The translations under genes and the position numbers were made by a program. Below are positions 26,810-39,994 of a stretch of DNA of 64,000 nucleotides, one piece after another (within the stretch, counting starts at the first letter, position 1; the number at the start of each line of letters is the position of its first letter). Source of the stretch: Octopus vulgaris (lineage: Eukaryota). The notes below the pieces were generated by a model, which searched no databases, had not been told where the DNA came from, and was given only the letters and a program-made list of their open reading frames with translations. The stretch is from contig OX597819.1 in assembly GCA_951406725.2 (NCBI GenBank), positions 16,616,001 to 16,680,000 of the forward strand. The letters run 5' to 3'.

Positions 26810-28763
26810 TGATTTTGTTTATAAATAATGACTACTTAGGCAAGAGGTCAGAAATTTTGAGAAGAAATATGTGATTGTATCAACCTAGATACTTAATAGG
26901 TATTTCATTTTATTGATCCTAAGAAGGATATAAGACAAGGTTACCCATGACAGGATTTGAACTTAGAATGTAAAAAGCCAGAAGAAATAACCCAAAGTAT
27001 GTTGTCTGATGTTTTAACAATTTAGCCAACTCATAACCAAAATGATTTTCAAGACAAGAAATGGACCATCACAATGTGCTGTGATTGCATCACTTACTTG
27101 TTGACCCCACAACCTAACTGATATTTATTTCATTGATCCCAAAAGGATGAAAGGACAATTGATAGAATTTGAACCCAACTAAATACAAAAACAAAAGTGA
27201 TGTAAAAATACAGTTGGGCATTAAAAGGTATCAGGTTGATGTATGAGAAGTAATAGATGTGATAAGAGTGGTGTAGACATGTGATGTGAAAAGGACAACA
27301 AATGCTTAAATGCTGAGAAAAAGATTGTTGTGTGTTGGTAGTGGGGAATACCTAGAGTGGAAGAAGAATAGGAGAGATGTGGAAAGAGTAGATGGAAACA
27401 GATGTGACAGCACAGGATTTAGGACAAGATTCCACATCAATAATGTGCTGCGTTTTGAACCTGTGCAACCGGTAGATAAAGCAGATGTTTAAACAGTGAA
27501 GAAAGCAGAGGTTTAAACAGTAAAGAAAAGTCGAAGTGTTATGTTCTGTTGTTATTTAGCCCCAGGTTGGTCTTCATCTAGCAGACTATGATCAACAGCT
27601 TTCTAGCCATGGCTATCTTGTCCTTTTCAGACAATATTTCTATGATTGTAGTGTGTTATTTGAGGGAGACCGGGAGGCAATTTCTAGTATGTCCAAGCCA
27701 CCATAATGGCCCTTCTGTTGTTTATCTACAAATCCAGTAGACTTACGATGAAAGGTATTTCGGCCTTCTGGCATTTCTTCTGGACATAAATGTCTCTTGG
27801 CTCAGATCAAACACTGAGACTATTTTCTTAAGATGGCAAAGTGTGATATGATTTATTTTCAGTGTATCAATTGCCCATGTAGAACCTTTTTCATAATGCT
27901 GACAGAGGTTGGGCAATGAATATTTTTGTATGTAAAGAGATCACTGGCTGAGATCTATCAAGCCTCACAGTTGAGATCCTTGTAGACATTTGTAACTCAT
28001 AACCTATTGATGAGGAGGAAGCAGAAAGGGAACAAACTATAAGCTTAAATTTTGGTCTGGTTTCAGTATTTTACCTATGGTTTTGTTTAGCCTTGGGTCA
28101 GCCAGGATCCAAAAGAGCTATGATAAAACCAAAGGGGCTTCAGGCAAGAGGATCTCATCACTTTACAGGAATGAAGCAGTTAGTAATTTACATCATATAA
28201 AAAGCATTGTGTTATGTCCATGGCCAAGACACTGAAGTTTCTCTAGTTAAAGCCACCTAGCTGAAATAAGTACCATGGGGTGGATTATAAATCACCAACA
28301 AGCAACACAAATAAAACTGTTACTGTTAGTATTGCTAACATTATAATTATTACGATGGTCACTATTACTACCACCGACAGCACTATCATCAGCAGCAGCA
28401 CTACCATTACCACCAGCTTCAGTGATGCTGCAATCACCACTAAAATTACAGCTGCTAGACTAAAATGTTGTTAGATGGGGGCCAACTGAAGTGTCTCAGC
28501 AATGTGGAGTGGAGAGGAGAAAAGGAGAAGGTAAGAAAGACAGAAGAAATACAAAAAAGGTAAAAAGAAAAGAAAACAAAAAACAAACATAGCAAAGATT
28601 CACAACATCAACAGCACTGCATATACTATGCAAGACAGAAGCACATGTTTTGCAGCAGATCTAGAGGGAAAGGGTTACATACAGATGTGCTGGGATGAGA
28701 GGGGAATCAGAACCGAGGGTGGAGAGAGAGGCTGGTAGAACATTATCATTATTATTGTTGTTA

Positions 28764-29190
28764 TTAAGGCAGTGAGCTGGCAAAAATGTCTGAGCACCAG
28801 AAAAAATTCATTGCAATATTTCTTCCAGCTCTTAATGTTCTGATTCAAATCACGCTCAACTCAGATTTGCCCTTCATCCCTCTGATGGCAGTGGTGGTGG
28901 TTAGGGGTCAATGAAATAAAGTACTAATCTTAGCCCTTCCCCTCAAAAATTGCTAGCCTTGTATCTAAATCAGAAACTGTTACTATTATTGTTGGTAGGC
29001 TCATTACTGACATAATACCCTGTAGTATTCAGTAAAAGGTATTCACATTCTAAGTTCAAACCCCACTGAAGTCAACTTTACTTTTCATTTCTTTCCGATG
29101 CCAATAAAATAAATGTCAACCACTGAAATTGATTTCACCCACTCACCTCTCCCAACAAATATCTGGCTTTGTGCCTATGTTAGACAATAT
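28764..29190 (+). mobile_element. Two tandem SINE family A copies in plus orientation
   Basis: ttaaggcagtgagctggcaaaa...gatttgcccttcatccc...ccttgtatctaaatcagaaac, then ...taagttcaaaccccactgaagtcaacttta...ggctttgtgcctatgttagac. Confidence 0.8.
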
Positions 29191-29200
29191 GTTTATAATT

Positions 29201-29410
29201 ATTCTTTTCTACTCTAGGCACAAGGCCCAAAATTTTGGGGGATGGAGCCAGTTGATTACCAGTACGCAACTGGTACTTATTTAATCGACCCCAAATGGAG
29301 GAAAGGCACCGTCAACCTCTACTGAATTTGAACTCAGAACGTAAAGACAGACGAAATACTGCTAAGCATTTCGCTTGGTGTGCTAACATTTCTGCCACCT
29401 TGCTGTCTTA
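29201..29410 (-). mobile_element. Well-preserved SINE family A copy, inverted relative to its neighbours
   Basis: attcttttctactctaggcacaaggccc...gaatttgaactcagaacgtaaagacagacgaaatactgctaagcatttcg...gtctta. Confidence 0.9.
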
Positions 29411-30159
29411 ATATGTTTACAATTATTATCAGTAAAATTGTCAGGGTAGTGGACAAAATGCCTTGCAGGATTTTGCTATGGTTCAGTATGCCCTGAGTTC
29501 AAATCCTGCAGACGTCATCATGATCTTTCATTCTTTTAGGGCTGATAAATGAAGTACTTGTCCAGGATGGTGAATTAGTGGAACTGACAGAACATTGGAA
29601 GGATATTTGGCAGCATTATATTCCAGCCTATTGAATTCTAAATTGAAATCCTGTCGTTAGTCAAGGTGAGTGACAAAATGGTTAGGGTATTGGACTTGGG
29701 GTTGCAAGATCATGGTTTTGATGTCCAAATCAAGAGGTGCATTGAGTTCTTGAGCAAAATACTCAAGGAAGTTATCTTTAGACCAGACAATTTGTACTGA
29801 ATACTTGCATTAGTAGTCAGATTGTGGTGACTAAGGAATTGAATCCAGCAAGATCGGAAATGGAATCTCCAACAGGTTCCCTCACAAATTCCACAATGGT
29901 TTGGCCGACCCAAAATTATGGGCAAGGACACTTGCCTGAGGTACTACACAGAAGGTTTGAAGCAGTACCCATGAAGTTGTGGAGGTGACTTCTTAACAAT
30001 AGCCAATTCTCATTAATCTCCCTCCTGAGGTGTATAAAAAAAGTAGCAGTCATGTACGGAGATTAATAAAATTATCTACACCTTTGAGTCAAAATGTGTA
30101 ACTGTCTCTCCAGCCACAAATACTTAGGTTAACCTTATCTTTCAAGGCTTAATGAAGCA

Positions 30160-30445
30160 TGTGTTGGTGCCATGTAAAAAGCATCCAGTCCACACTGTGA
30201 AGTAGTTGGCATTTGAAAGGGCATCCAGCTGTAAAAACCATGCCAAAACTGATCTCACTTGTGCTGGTGCCATGTAAAAAGCACTCGGTCCACTCTATGG
30301 GGTTGTTGGTGTTAGGAATGGCATCCACCCATAAAAACCATGCCAAAACAGACACAGCAGCCTGGTGTAGACTTGCTCCTGGCTGGCTCCTGTCAAACCA
30401 TCCAACCCATGTCAGCATGGAAGATGGATGTTAAATGATGATGAT
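30160..30445 (+). mobile_element. SINE family C copy with internal duplication
   Basis: ggtgccatgtaaaaagca...ggcatcca...taaaaaccatgccaaaac occurs twice, ending gatggatgttaaatgatgatgat. Confidence 0.8.
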
Positions 30446-31646
30446 GTACCAGTCAAATACTGGGGCTTACTGAAAAATATTCTGGTCTTATATTTATTTA
30501 CGAACTCATTCTTCTTATTGTTATTAATATACAAGATTGGTGAACAAAGAGAATTATTAGACATGAGATTTGGGGCAGTTAGTTATGACTCTTCTGTTTT
30601 GAGTTCAAATCCCAATTCCATCAATGTCAACTCCACCTGTCATACATTTGTGGGCCAATTAAATAAAGTACCAGTCGATTGCCATTCTCTTCCCCCAAAA
30701 TTCTATGACAAAAAATTATTGTTATAATTATCACTATCATCATTATGTCAACACTAGTAGTCTAATGAAATCACTACTATACAATATTGCAGCAGTGCAG
30801 AGTGAACTGACTGCAGAGACGCAGCACTGAAGTGGGGGAGAGGGGGAGTTGCCAGTAGCAACAGGACTGCATTCAAGGTATATTTGATTTAGGACAACTA
30901 GTGTGATTTGATATGGTGATGGTGGTGTGGGTATCTATTTCTAAGTTAACAGTTGTGAGTGTGTATGTGTGTAACTGTGTGGTGATGTGAGCATGTATTG
31001 TTCTTTAACCCCAGGACAATACTAACAAAGCAGGTCTATGATGAAATGTATTCCACCTGTTTCCATCCCATTTTTGCCTACATATCAACTTGAGGCTAAA
31101 GCACACAATTATCAAAAAGTATCCCTTTTTAAGGCAGTAAGGTGTAGTTTAGCTGCTATTTCTATGAAGTTGAGTGACCATGTAGAGGCCTCCTTGTTTG
31201 TTGTGGTGGTGTGTGTATGTGATGACTATGATGATGTTTTGTGTGTGTAATATGTGTGTGTGCGTGTGAGGGGGGGGGTAATGCAGATGGTGGTATATGT
31301 CTATGGTTGTGTGAATTTTTGTACAATTGTCTGGCTACAAGAGAGCATTTATTTTTCTTTTCTAAATATTTTTGTCCAGAACATATACATTATCCATTAT
31401 TTTTGTGGAATTGCCTTCATAACTAATGAGGTCTTAATTCAATTAAGATCTTAATTATAAATTAACAAAGAAAATACATCTCATATAAACTCAGGACTAG
31501 TTTTCTTTTTTACATTCCTGTAAAGGCAGTGCTCCAGCTGGCCTATGACAGCTAAAACAAACTAATGAGATACCCCTATTATATTTTACCAAACTGGATC
31601 CCCTCTATGCCCTGACAGACACATTTAGGAATTTGGCTTCACTTAC

Positions 31647-31734
31647 CATAGGCTCCCCGTGTCAGCCCTCGCCCTCTTGCTGCCAATGTGGTTGGTAACA
31701 TCACTTCTTTCGGTTGAGCTTTCTTACATTCGAC
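31647..31734 (-). CDS. msi: Musashi exon (end of RRM2: VECKKAQPKEVMLPTTLAARGRGLTRGAY-G), 88 nt, phase 0 to 1
   Basis: gcacctctag|GTCGAATGTAAGAAAGCTCAACCG...GCCTATG|gtaagt. VECKKAQPKEVM is the Musashi RRM2 C-terminal signature. Confidence 0.97.
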
Positions 31735-31957
31735 CTAGAGGTGCAGCACAAAGACACAGAGACAGAAAATGTGTAATGACATGGAGTCAAGAAAACAAAT
31801 TTATTAATTCATTAAAAGAAGAAAACAAAACAACTTTGTCATCACTAAATTCATAAAAGAAATGTAAAACACACTGCATCACAAGCAGCATGACCATGAA
31901 TCTAATGAAAAGGTTTTGGTGATAATTATGCTGTAAAATGTTTAGATTTTAAGGAAA

Positions 31958-33118
31958 TATGAGGGGGGACCCAAAAGAAATCAGAATTTTGCAATATTAT
32001 TTTATTCCTGTAGTTTTACATGTTTACACTTTTATCACCTTCAAAATATTCTCCATTTGAAGCAATGCATTGGCCCAGGTGTATTTTCCAATGTTCGAAG
32101 CAGTCCTGGAATTCTTGTCAGTGAAGTTTTTTAATGCATCTGTTTTTTTCTTCACCTCTTCCACATCTGCAAAACGTTTTCCTTTAAGGATTTTTTTCAT
32201 CCATTTGGGGGAACAGAAAAAAAGTCAGAGGGAATAGGGAAGATGGGTAAGTGTAGGTTATGCCATTTTTGGCAAAAACTTTCTCACACTCAAGGTGTGC
32301 ATGGAGGCGCATTGTTGTGATGAAACTACCACTCTTCAATTTGTCACAGGTTGGGACGTTTTCATCTCACCACGTCTCACAAACACTTCAAGACCGCCAA
32401 GAAAAATGTCTGGTTGGCAGTTTGACCAGGAGGAGCAAATTCAGTGTGGACAATTCCTTTCGCATTGATGCAACAAATCAGCATCATCTTGACATTGGAC
32501 TTCACTTGATACACATTTTTGGGGCATGGTGACATTGAATGCTTCCACTGACCTGGAAGGTCAACTGTTCTTACAGTTTATGACATACATTCAGTCAGGA
32601 CTGCTTTTGATCGTCTGTGAGTAAGCAAGGCACAAATTTTGCTGCAATTCCTTGCTCAAAATTCATTGGTCAAGTTCATCAATTGTTCAGAAATGATCCT
32701 CCAAGAATGAATTTTTGTGATGTTTTCATTTGTTCAGGAGGTTGACAGTTGTCCTGAACAAGGAGGGTCTTCAAGCAACAAGCACATAAACCATTCACAA
32801 ACTTGTATTTTGGTCATGGCTGTGCCCTTGTAAGCTGTTTGAAACATTGCAACTGTTTTGGCCACTACTTTCTCCAGCAGAAAATAAAATTTCATAGAAG
32901 CACACTGTTCCTTTGTTTCAGCTACTGCAAAAATTGATGAACAGGTAAGAAGCACTACAAAACAAAGATGCACCACATGGAAGAACACTCGCTGCTGCTG
33001 GTTGGCAGGCTGATGCCTGAGGGTTACATCAAGTGACTTCTAGCAGCAGAAGCCTGAACTGCAACAGGCTTTGTTCCACAGAAAATTGCTTCCAGTTACT
33101 TTTGGATACCACCTCATA
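31958..33118 (-). mobile_element. Decayed, internally deleted mariner (Tc1/mariner) DNA transposon
   Basis: Imperfect ~27-bp TIRs (tatgaggggggacccaaaagaaatcag / ccagttacttttggataccacctcata) with TA ends. Minus-strand transposase remnants EQCASMKFYFLLEK...QVCEWF...LEDPPCSGQLSTS and HHNNAPP (cf. HHDNAPAH). Confidence 0.88.
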
Positions 33119-33417
33119 TATTCTAAACATTTTCATTATGAATGTCTATAAAGGACAATAAAGAAGATGGAAAATATATGTAATATGTGTGATAGTAAAT
33201 CCATTAAATTGTTTCATACACCCAATTTAACTCTGAGTGAGTGCATTCATTCATTAGTGAGTGAATAGTAAATGCAAACGTGTGTGTGTGTGTGTTTAAA
33301 AAAGAGAGAAGAAAGTTCTGACATCAAGTGTTGGATTGAATGCTACGTCTGCTGTGAACCATTCAGCTGTACATTTGTTTAAGTTGAAGGCTCTAACCAG
33401 TCAAATTTGAAGGAAAC

Positions 33418-33767
33418 ATTACTAGTCTTATTTCGTTTTTGGATTTGGTTTGCAAGATTCTTTATGTGAGTTTGTGTGTTGAAGCATATTCTGTTGTGTC
33501 TGGGGAGAGTCAGTCACTTTTGGTGCCTTGTAATTTAACACACACACCGGTAAAATTTCCACTTATTTCTTTTTTATTTTTCTAAAATTTTCATTGCGTC
33601 TTGCAACCTTTTCAATAGTTTTGACTGTTGAAAACTATTGAAAAGGTTGCAAGATGCAATGAAAATTTTAGGAAATAAAAGAAATAAGAGGAAATTTTAC
33701 CGGTGAGTGTGTTTAATTATAAAGCACAAAAAGAGAATGACTCTTTCCAGACAGCAAATTACTAGTC
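33418..33767. mobile_element. Fold-back insertion (~130-bp arms) with a 10-bp TSD; Penelope-like
   Basis: About 33495-33622 is the reverse complement of about 33630-33756; ATTACTAGTC at 33418-33427 and 33758-33767. Confidence 0.8.
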
Positions 33768-34948
33768 ATGTTACAGAGAAACTGGGATCCTCGTGTTTTC
33801 ACACAGAAATACACAATATATCATTTTTAGCCCTTCAGCATTCAGACTATTCTGTCAAATGTAATACTTTTTTATTCACGTTGTTTTGATTTAATCATGC
33901 ATTATCTTGTAGCTTCAAGATATGATGGTGTAATTTGTTTTTTAGAATGACATTTGAAGGGTAGGTGTGAGAAGCTGGATCCAACCAGTTTGAACATGAA
34001 ACAGAATATTTAAATTGGATTTGCCATAACTATTAAAGCATAAAAGTCAATTTAAAATTTTTCTCCTCCTTTATAATTAATTATGTATCCTCTGACATGT
34101 ATTCTTTAGATCACAGTACCATGAACTTCCATTATAATCTCTAATTATATCGGATTTCAAATTATTTCCAGCAAATTAAGGTATCATACCAGTTTATTAA
34201 TTATCTTGAGATTAATATTTTTCATATTGTATAGTTAACAATATTTTAATTTATTTCTGTCAGTAAATATGACATTTTAAATATCACCTGCATTCAGAAT
34301 TTAAACACTATAACTTGGAGAAATCTCAATGGTTTTCTTCAGAAATAATACTATAACTTACCTTTCTCCTCAAATACTAAACACACCTTGGTGCCACATA
34401 AAAAGCAGCCAGTACACCCTGTAAAGTGGTTGGCATTAGAAACCATGCCAAAGTAGGGTCTGGTGTAACTCTCCAGCTTGCCAGCTCATGCCAGCATGAA
34501 AGATAAATATTAAACAATGGTGAGGATAATTTATAAGTTCTGTAAAAATCTAAATTAATAAATACCCTAGATGACTTTCTTCTAACATAGAAGTCAATGG
34601 TTTTACATCTCTACTCTACTCCAAGTCACCCATTTCTTACAGTCCTGGATTTTTCTTAGTCATCGCAACCAATTTGTAATCATTCCTCCAAATATACATG
34701 TATATTGATCATCCTGCTTATCTTAATGTCCACTTTTCCAGATTGAATCATTGAGGTAAATTTTCTATGGTCACTAGCCTTCCTTGTTGCCGGCTCCCAC
34801 CTGTTTCCACGTAAAGTAATATTTCCCCATAACCAGGAGGCTGGAAACACTGCTTTTTCGATGCCCATCTCTAACTATCACTTAAGGCAAAGACAAGGGT
34901 ACATACATTGATTTCAACAATAATAATATCAACAAGGCTGTTACTTAC

Positions 34949-35031
34949 CATTTTTTTATTTATTTCGTGAAAGTGTATTTCACACACCTTATCTACAACA
35001 TCTTCACTTTCGAAGGTTACAAACCCAAAAC
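34949..35031 (-). CDS. msi: Musashi exon (RRM2 RNP1 and helix 2: [28 protein letters not shown]), 83 nt, phase 1 to 0
   Basis: Long pyrimidine tract ...ctctgtatccag|GTTTTGGG...AAAAAAATG|gtaagt. In frame with the 49-nt exon; completes the RNP1 motif RGFGFVTF. Confidence 0.97.
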
Positions 35032-38000
35032 CTGGATACAGAGAAAGAGAGGGAGGAGAAGAGAGAAGAAAGAGAGGAAAGAAAAAGAAAAGAAAAATGT
35101 ATTAAATTATAACAACATAATAATTAAACAATTAAACCCCCTACCAACCTCTACTCAATACTTAAATACATACACAACTCAAATAACATAATATTAACAG
35201 TAAACAGTGTTAAAAGAGTAAACAATGAAAAGCAATTAAACAATGTTCTAATTAGGAGTAGGTTCTATAATAAATGATAAGAGGATGTTAAGTGTAGCTT
35301 CATTTGGAAATATGGACAACTGTATACACACACACACACACACACATACGCTGCTGTTTAGCCTCAGGTCAGTATCGAATGAGCAGACCTATGATGACCA
35401 AAATCATTTCAGCCATGACCATCCCATCTTAGAGCTATTCAGGACTATATTATCAACCATGCAACTTCCTTATTTAAAACTAGAGGGGAAGGATATGAGG
35501 GAGATTTGGCAGCTAAACCAATGTGAAAGAGAAAATTAAAACACTTGCAGAATTTGAACCCAGATTATAAAGGGATTGTGTTTTGGCCATTGATTCTACC
35601 AATTCATTGCACATCTTTTAGCAGTTTCATTCACTGGATGGTGCCCAAACTGGGAAATCACATTCAAGAATTTTAGAGAAGTATATCAAGACTAGATAAT
35701 ATTTAACTTGTATCTATTTTATTGCTCATGTATCATCCTCTTTTTAACATCCTTCTTGTATGTGGCCGTGGGCTGGACAGTTTGGCAAGAACTGATGGAT
35801 CAGAGCAGTGCACCATGCTCTACTGTCTGCTTCAGATGATTTCAACAGTTGGATGTCTTTCTTGATTCAAACCACATAACGAGTCTACCGAATGCTTTTA
35901 TCCTTGCACCAACAAAAGTGAAGTCTCTACGCAGTTCACAAGACTCAGATCCCCTTTAGCTCAACAAAGCTACAGCTGAGGAGAGTGTCTATTTATGGTC
36001 GAAAGTGTAATGTTGAAATTGATGTATGGTAAGATGGCTGAGTTAGACACTAATATTTCTGTTTGAATAAAATGTTTCTAAACACACACACACACACACA
36101 CAAACAGGTTTCTACACAGTTTCCACTTAGTAAAAAGTTAGCTGGCACATATACTTTTCTGATAAAAGTATATGTGCTCTGCAAAACTTGTTAAACTGTT
36201 TTTATTATAACTCAACATTAACATGCACACATACTATAGGGGTTTATTTCTGTTTCTGCCTACTGTACACACTGACAGTATATCCAGAGATATACTTGGT
36301 CAAAGTGCCATACGGTGGGACTGAACCTGAAACTATAAGAGCGATGCTTGCACACAGAAATATGTGTCAAGGTTAAACCACTACATCAATCTACTTTCCT
36401 CCTCATTTCCCTCCTCCACTAGCCTCATTTTAAGATAAGATGATTAGAAGTAGAAATACTAGAGGTAGCGGGAAGGTGGGAGAGAATATCACTCTAATCT
36501 GTAATTTCACCCGTGATAATCAGGTATGTAGACAACCACCGCCACCAATACAATGATCTCTGTGGTATAATGCTATTGCTTGTTTTAATTAGAGGAAGAT
36601 AGGGCACGAGATTGCATTTGTTTGAATAAATCATAGAAAATGACTGGTGTTAGTTTTGTAGACCCTTGAGGGGAGTAAAAACAAAGTCAAACCTAGTAAA
36701 ATATGAACCTAAAACCTAGGTAAAAAATTTAGTCAAAAGCAGCCAGTTAAGCTTTCAGTACTAAAATGATGGGATTATTATTATTATTATTATTATTATT
36801 ATAAGCAGCAGTGGTGGTGGTGAATAAAACCAATAATTTAAAATTTACAGAGGTAAAAAAAAAACCCAGTGTACATATAAGAAGATAACAGTTAATCCTT
36901 AAATATTTAATAAGGCTATTACTACTATTATTACTACTACTATCGGTTATCCCTAATCCCAAGATTACTATGATTACTACTACCACTGATACTAATAATA
37001 ATCATACCACATATATTGTATAATTAATATCACAAAAATAATCCTACACCTTGGGCTACTAGTACCAGAGCACCTCTTCCCCTCCACACTGCTACAGCAC
37101 AATCATTACCACTACATCAATACTTCTCTACCATTACCACCACTGCTGCTGCTGCTGCAACTACCCCATTTACTACCACAGTAACTACAACTACAACTGA
37201 AGCCCCATCTCCACTGAAATTGCATTAATACTGGTTTCATAACTACAATCCAACCAGATTGTCATCATCATCACCACAGCCAACAAATCACAACACAACT
37301 ATACACACCTCTACACTATTACATGGATTTACACACTTTGAGAGACAAAGAAAAAAATTGGATGGTCATGGATGGAATATCTTTGATATTAGGTCAATAA
37401 GATAAGGGTTAAAACTGAGGCTAAACAACAACATAGCAATGAACAAATGCTGCCGTTACATATGCAGACACATTCTCAACTGCACACATGCACATAACCC
37501 CATATACATGTGTGTGTACATAGATGTCTAGATACATATATACTACATATGCAATATTCAACACAGAAACTGCTCATACATCTCATTTTGAATGTCTTCT
37601 TTTCCAAAAAGAAAAAAAAAACCTATTTTATTAAACAATCGTATAACCATACAAGCTTAACATAAGAGTGGCATGGAAAAATCTAGAAACCAAGTATTTG
37701 GCCAGTGTATTAATAATCTATCATATCAACATTATCATCATTTAACGTCCTTTTTCCATGCTGGCATGGGTTGGATGATTTGACAAGAGCTGCCAAGCTG
37801 GAGAGTTGGACCAGATTCCAATTATGTTTTGGAATGGTTTCTTCACTTGGATGCCCTTCCTGACGCCAACCACTTTACAGTGCACTGGGTGTTTTTTAGG
37901 CCGCACCGGCACAAGTGCGTTTTATATGGCACAAGCACAGGTGCTTTTAATCTATCCTTTTACTAAAGTTTTCCATATTTACATTGTTGTTTGTGTTAGA

Positions 38001-38138
38001 GCAATTAAGATCAGTATATATCCCTTATCACTGACCACATGGTGAGTGAAATGGGGAATAGTCAAACTAGATTTATCTAACCAGTCAGGCAAACTCATCA
38101 GGTTGTTTTACCAACTAGGTTATCAGATTAGAAGTCTT

Positions 38139-38340
38139 CCATCACAGATCTGCTCAATTTGATTATGCCTGGGGCTAAATAGCACTTTTGATCACTGATC
38201 TGCTCAATAAATCACGGCTCTTCTAGAGTTAAACAACAACACATTTGACCACAGATCTGCCAAATCTGGCTCATCTAGAACTAAACATCAGTATATTTGT
38301 TCATTGATCTGCTAAATCATGGTTCCTCTGGGGTTAAATA
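38139..38340 (+). repeat. Four degenerate tandem ~50-bp units derived from the family D terminus
   Basis: Unit tttgatcacagatctgctcaat...ctggggctaaa repeated four times. Confidence 0.7.
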
Positions 38341-39951
38341 ATAAGTCTGTTCTGCACAGCTGACCACCACCCCAACACAAAATGATTTTGACCTAAGCTG
38401 GTTCAACACAGTTGCAAGTTGCTTTAGTAAGGTTTGCAACAGTTGTTTCTATGATCAGTTGTCCACTCAGGTAGTGACACTTATGTTGTGTAAAGAGGGT
38501 ATACATGAGTTTATGCCTTAGTCCTGCAAACGTTGATAAATCATTAACACAGAGTTTATATATCAAATATTTGACACACTAATTAAACACATATAAATGT
38601 GTGTGCGTGTGTGTGTGCGTGTGCGTGTGTGTGTGCGCGCACGCGCATGCTAATTCCCAAGATAATAAGGCTTACATATCCAAAATCATAGTATTATTCA
38701 GACTTCTGGTGAATTGTAGACATTAGTAATTTAAGAAATGACCATTATATTACATTCACTGAGCTTTTGAGTGAGTATGGGTTTCTTTCACGTCAATTGT
38801 TCTATATTATGTACCTGGTCAATTGAAGAAAGTAATGTTTGAGAAAATATGCAGGCCTTGCTTATTTCAAACTTAATAAACATACGTACGCATATATGCA
38901 TTCTACATATTTCCAAGATGTATCAACTACAATCAACAGAACTAGATTAACCTCATTTTAATGTCCACTTTAGTTCTATGCTAGTATAGGTCAATTGATA
39001 TTCATTGAACCAAATTTTCTGTGGCTTGATTCCCATCCTGTCACACAAACTCACCTATTTTCAAGTAAGTTAATAAACACATCATTTAACGTCCATGTCC
39101 CATGCTAGCATGGGTTGGACATGAGTGTCCAGTTCATATAACTCAGAGCAACCAGTGGCATGTGTTTGGACAACGAAGATGAAGAAAAGTATACTAAATA
39201 CCATACAGGATAAATTTTTGACTCATAAAAAAACTAATCTTTGCTACTTATGAAGGCAAACCAATATTGAGCAGCATTTGCAACCAGCAAGAGAAGGGAA
39301 GATAACTCTCAAGGAATCAACAGTCAATCTGCTGAATTAACAAGCAATTAAAATAAGGCATTTTTGTTCTGTGAACATGTATTTCTGCTTCAATGAGTGC
39401 CTTTACATAACATTGTCATACCTCCACACCAGCCAGGCACAAGGCTTACACACACAGATTGAGTAATGTATATATAATTTGTTTAATGCAATCACTGTTC
39501 TTATGTAATAGGAAGAGTTTAAAATAAAATTTTAAAAAAACAATTGAAAAATTCAGCAACTCAAAACAACAACAAAAACAATGAACATCAACAATATATC
39601 ATAATCATCGTTATTGTCACTAGCAATGACTACTTCAAACAAACCAAACTATTTTCAGTAATATTAGTAAACATAAGCTCAGAGTACATTTGTAAGCAGT
39701 TATAAACTGGGTTTATGTTAGTAGCTTGAAAGAGAAGGGAATAGATAGAAAGATGGATAGATAAATGAAAGAGAAAATAAAGCATGCAATTATATATGCA
39801 TACATATATACATATTATATTATATGCATACATGTATTCACACACAAATATATATTATGCATACATATATAGATACATATTTATACAGACACATACATGT
39901 ATAAATAAATATATATATATCATATATACATATATATATTGCATATATTAG

Positions 39952-39994
<43 letters not shown>

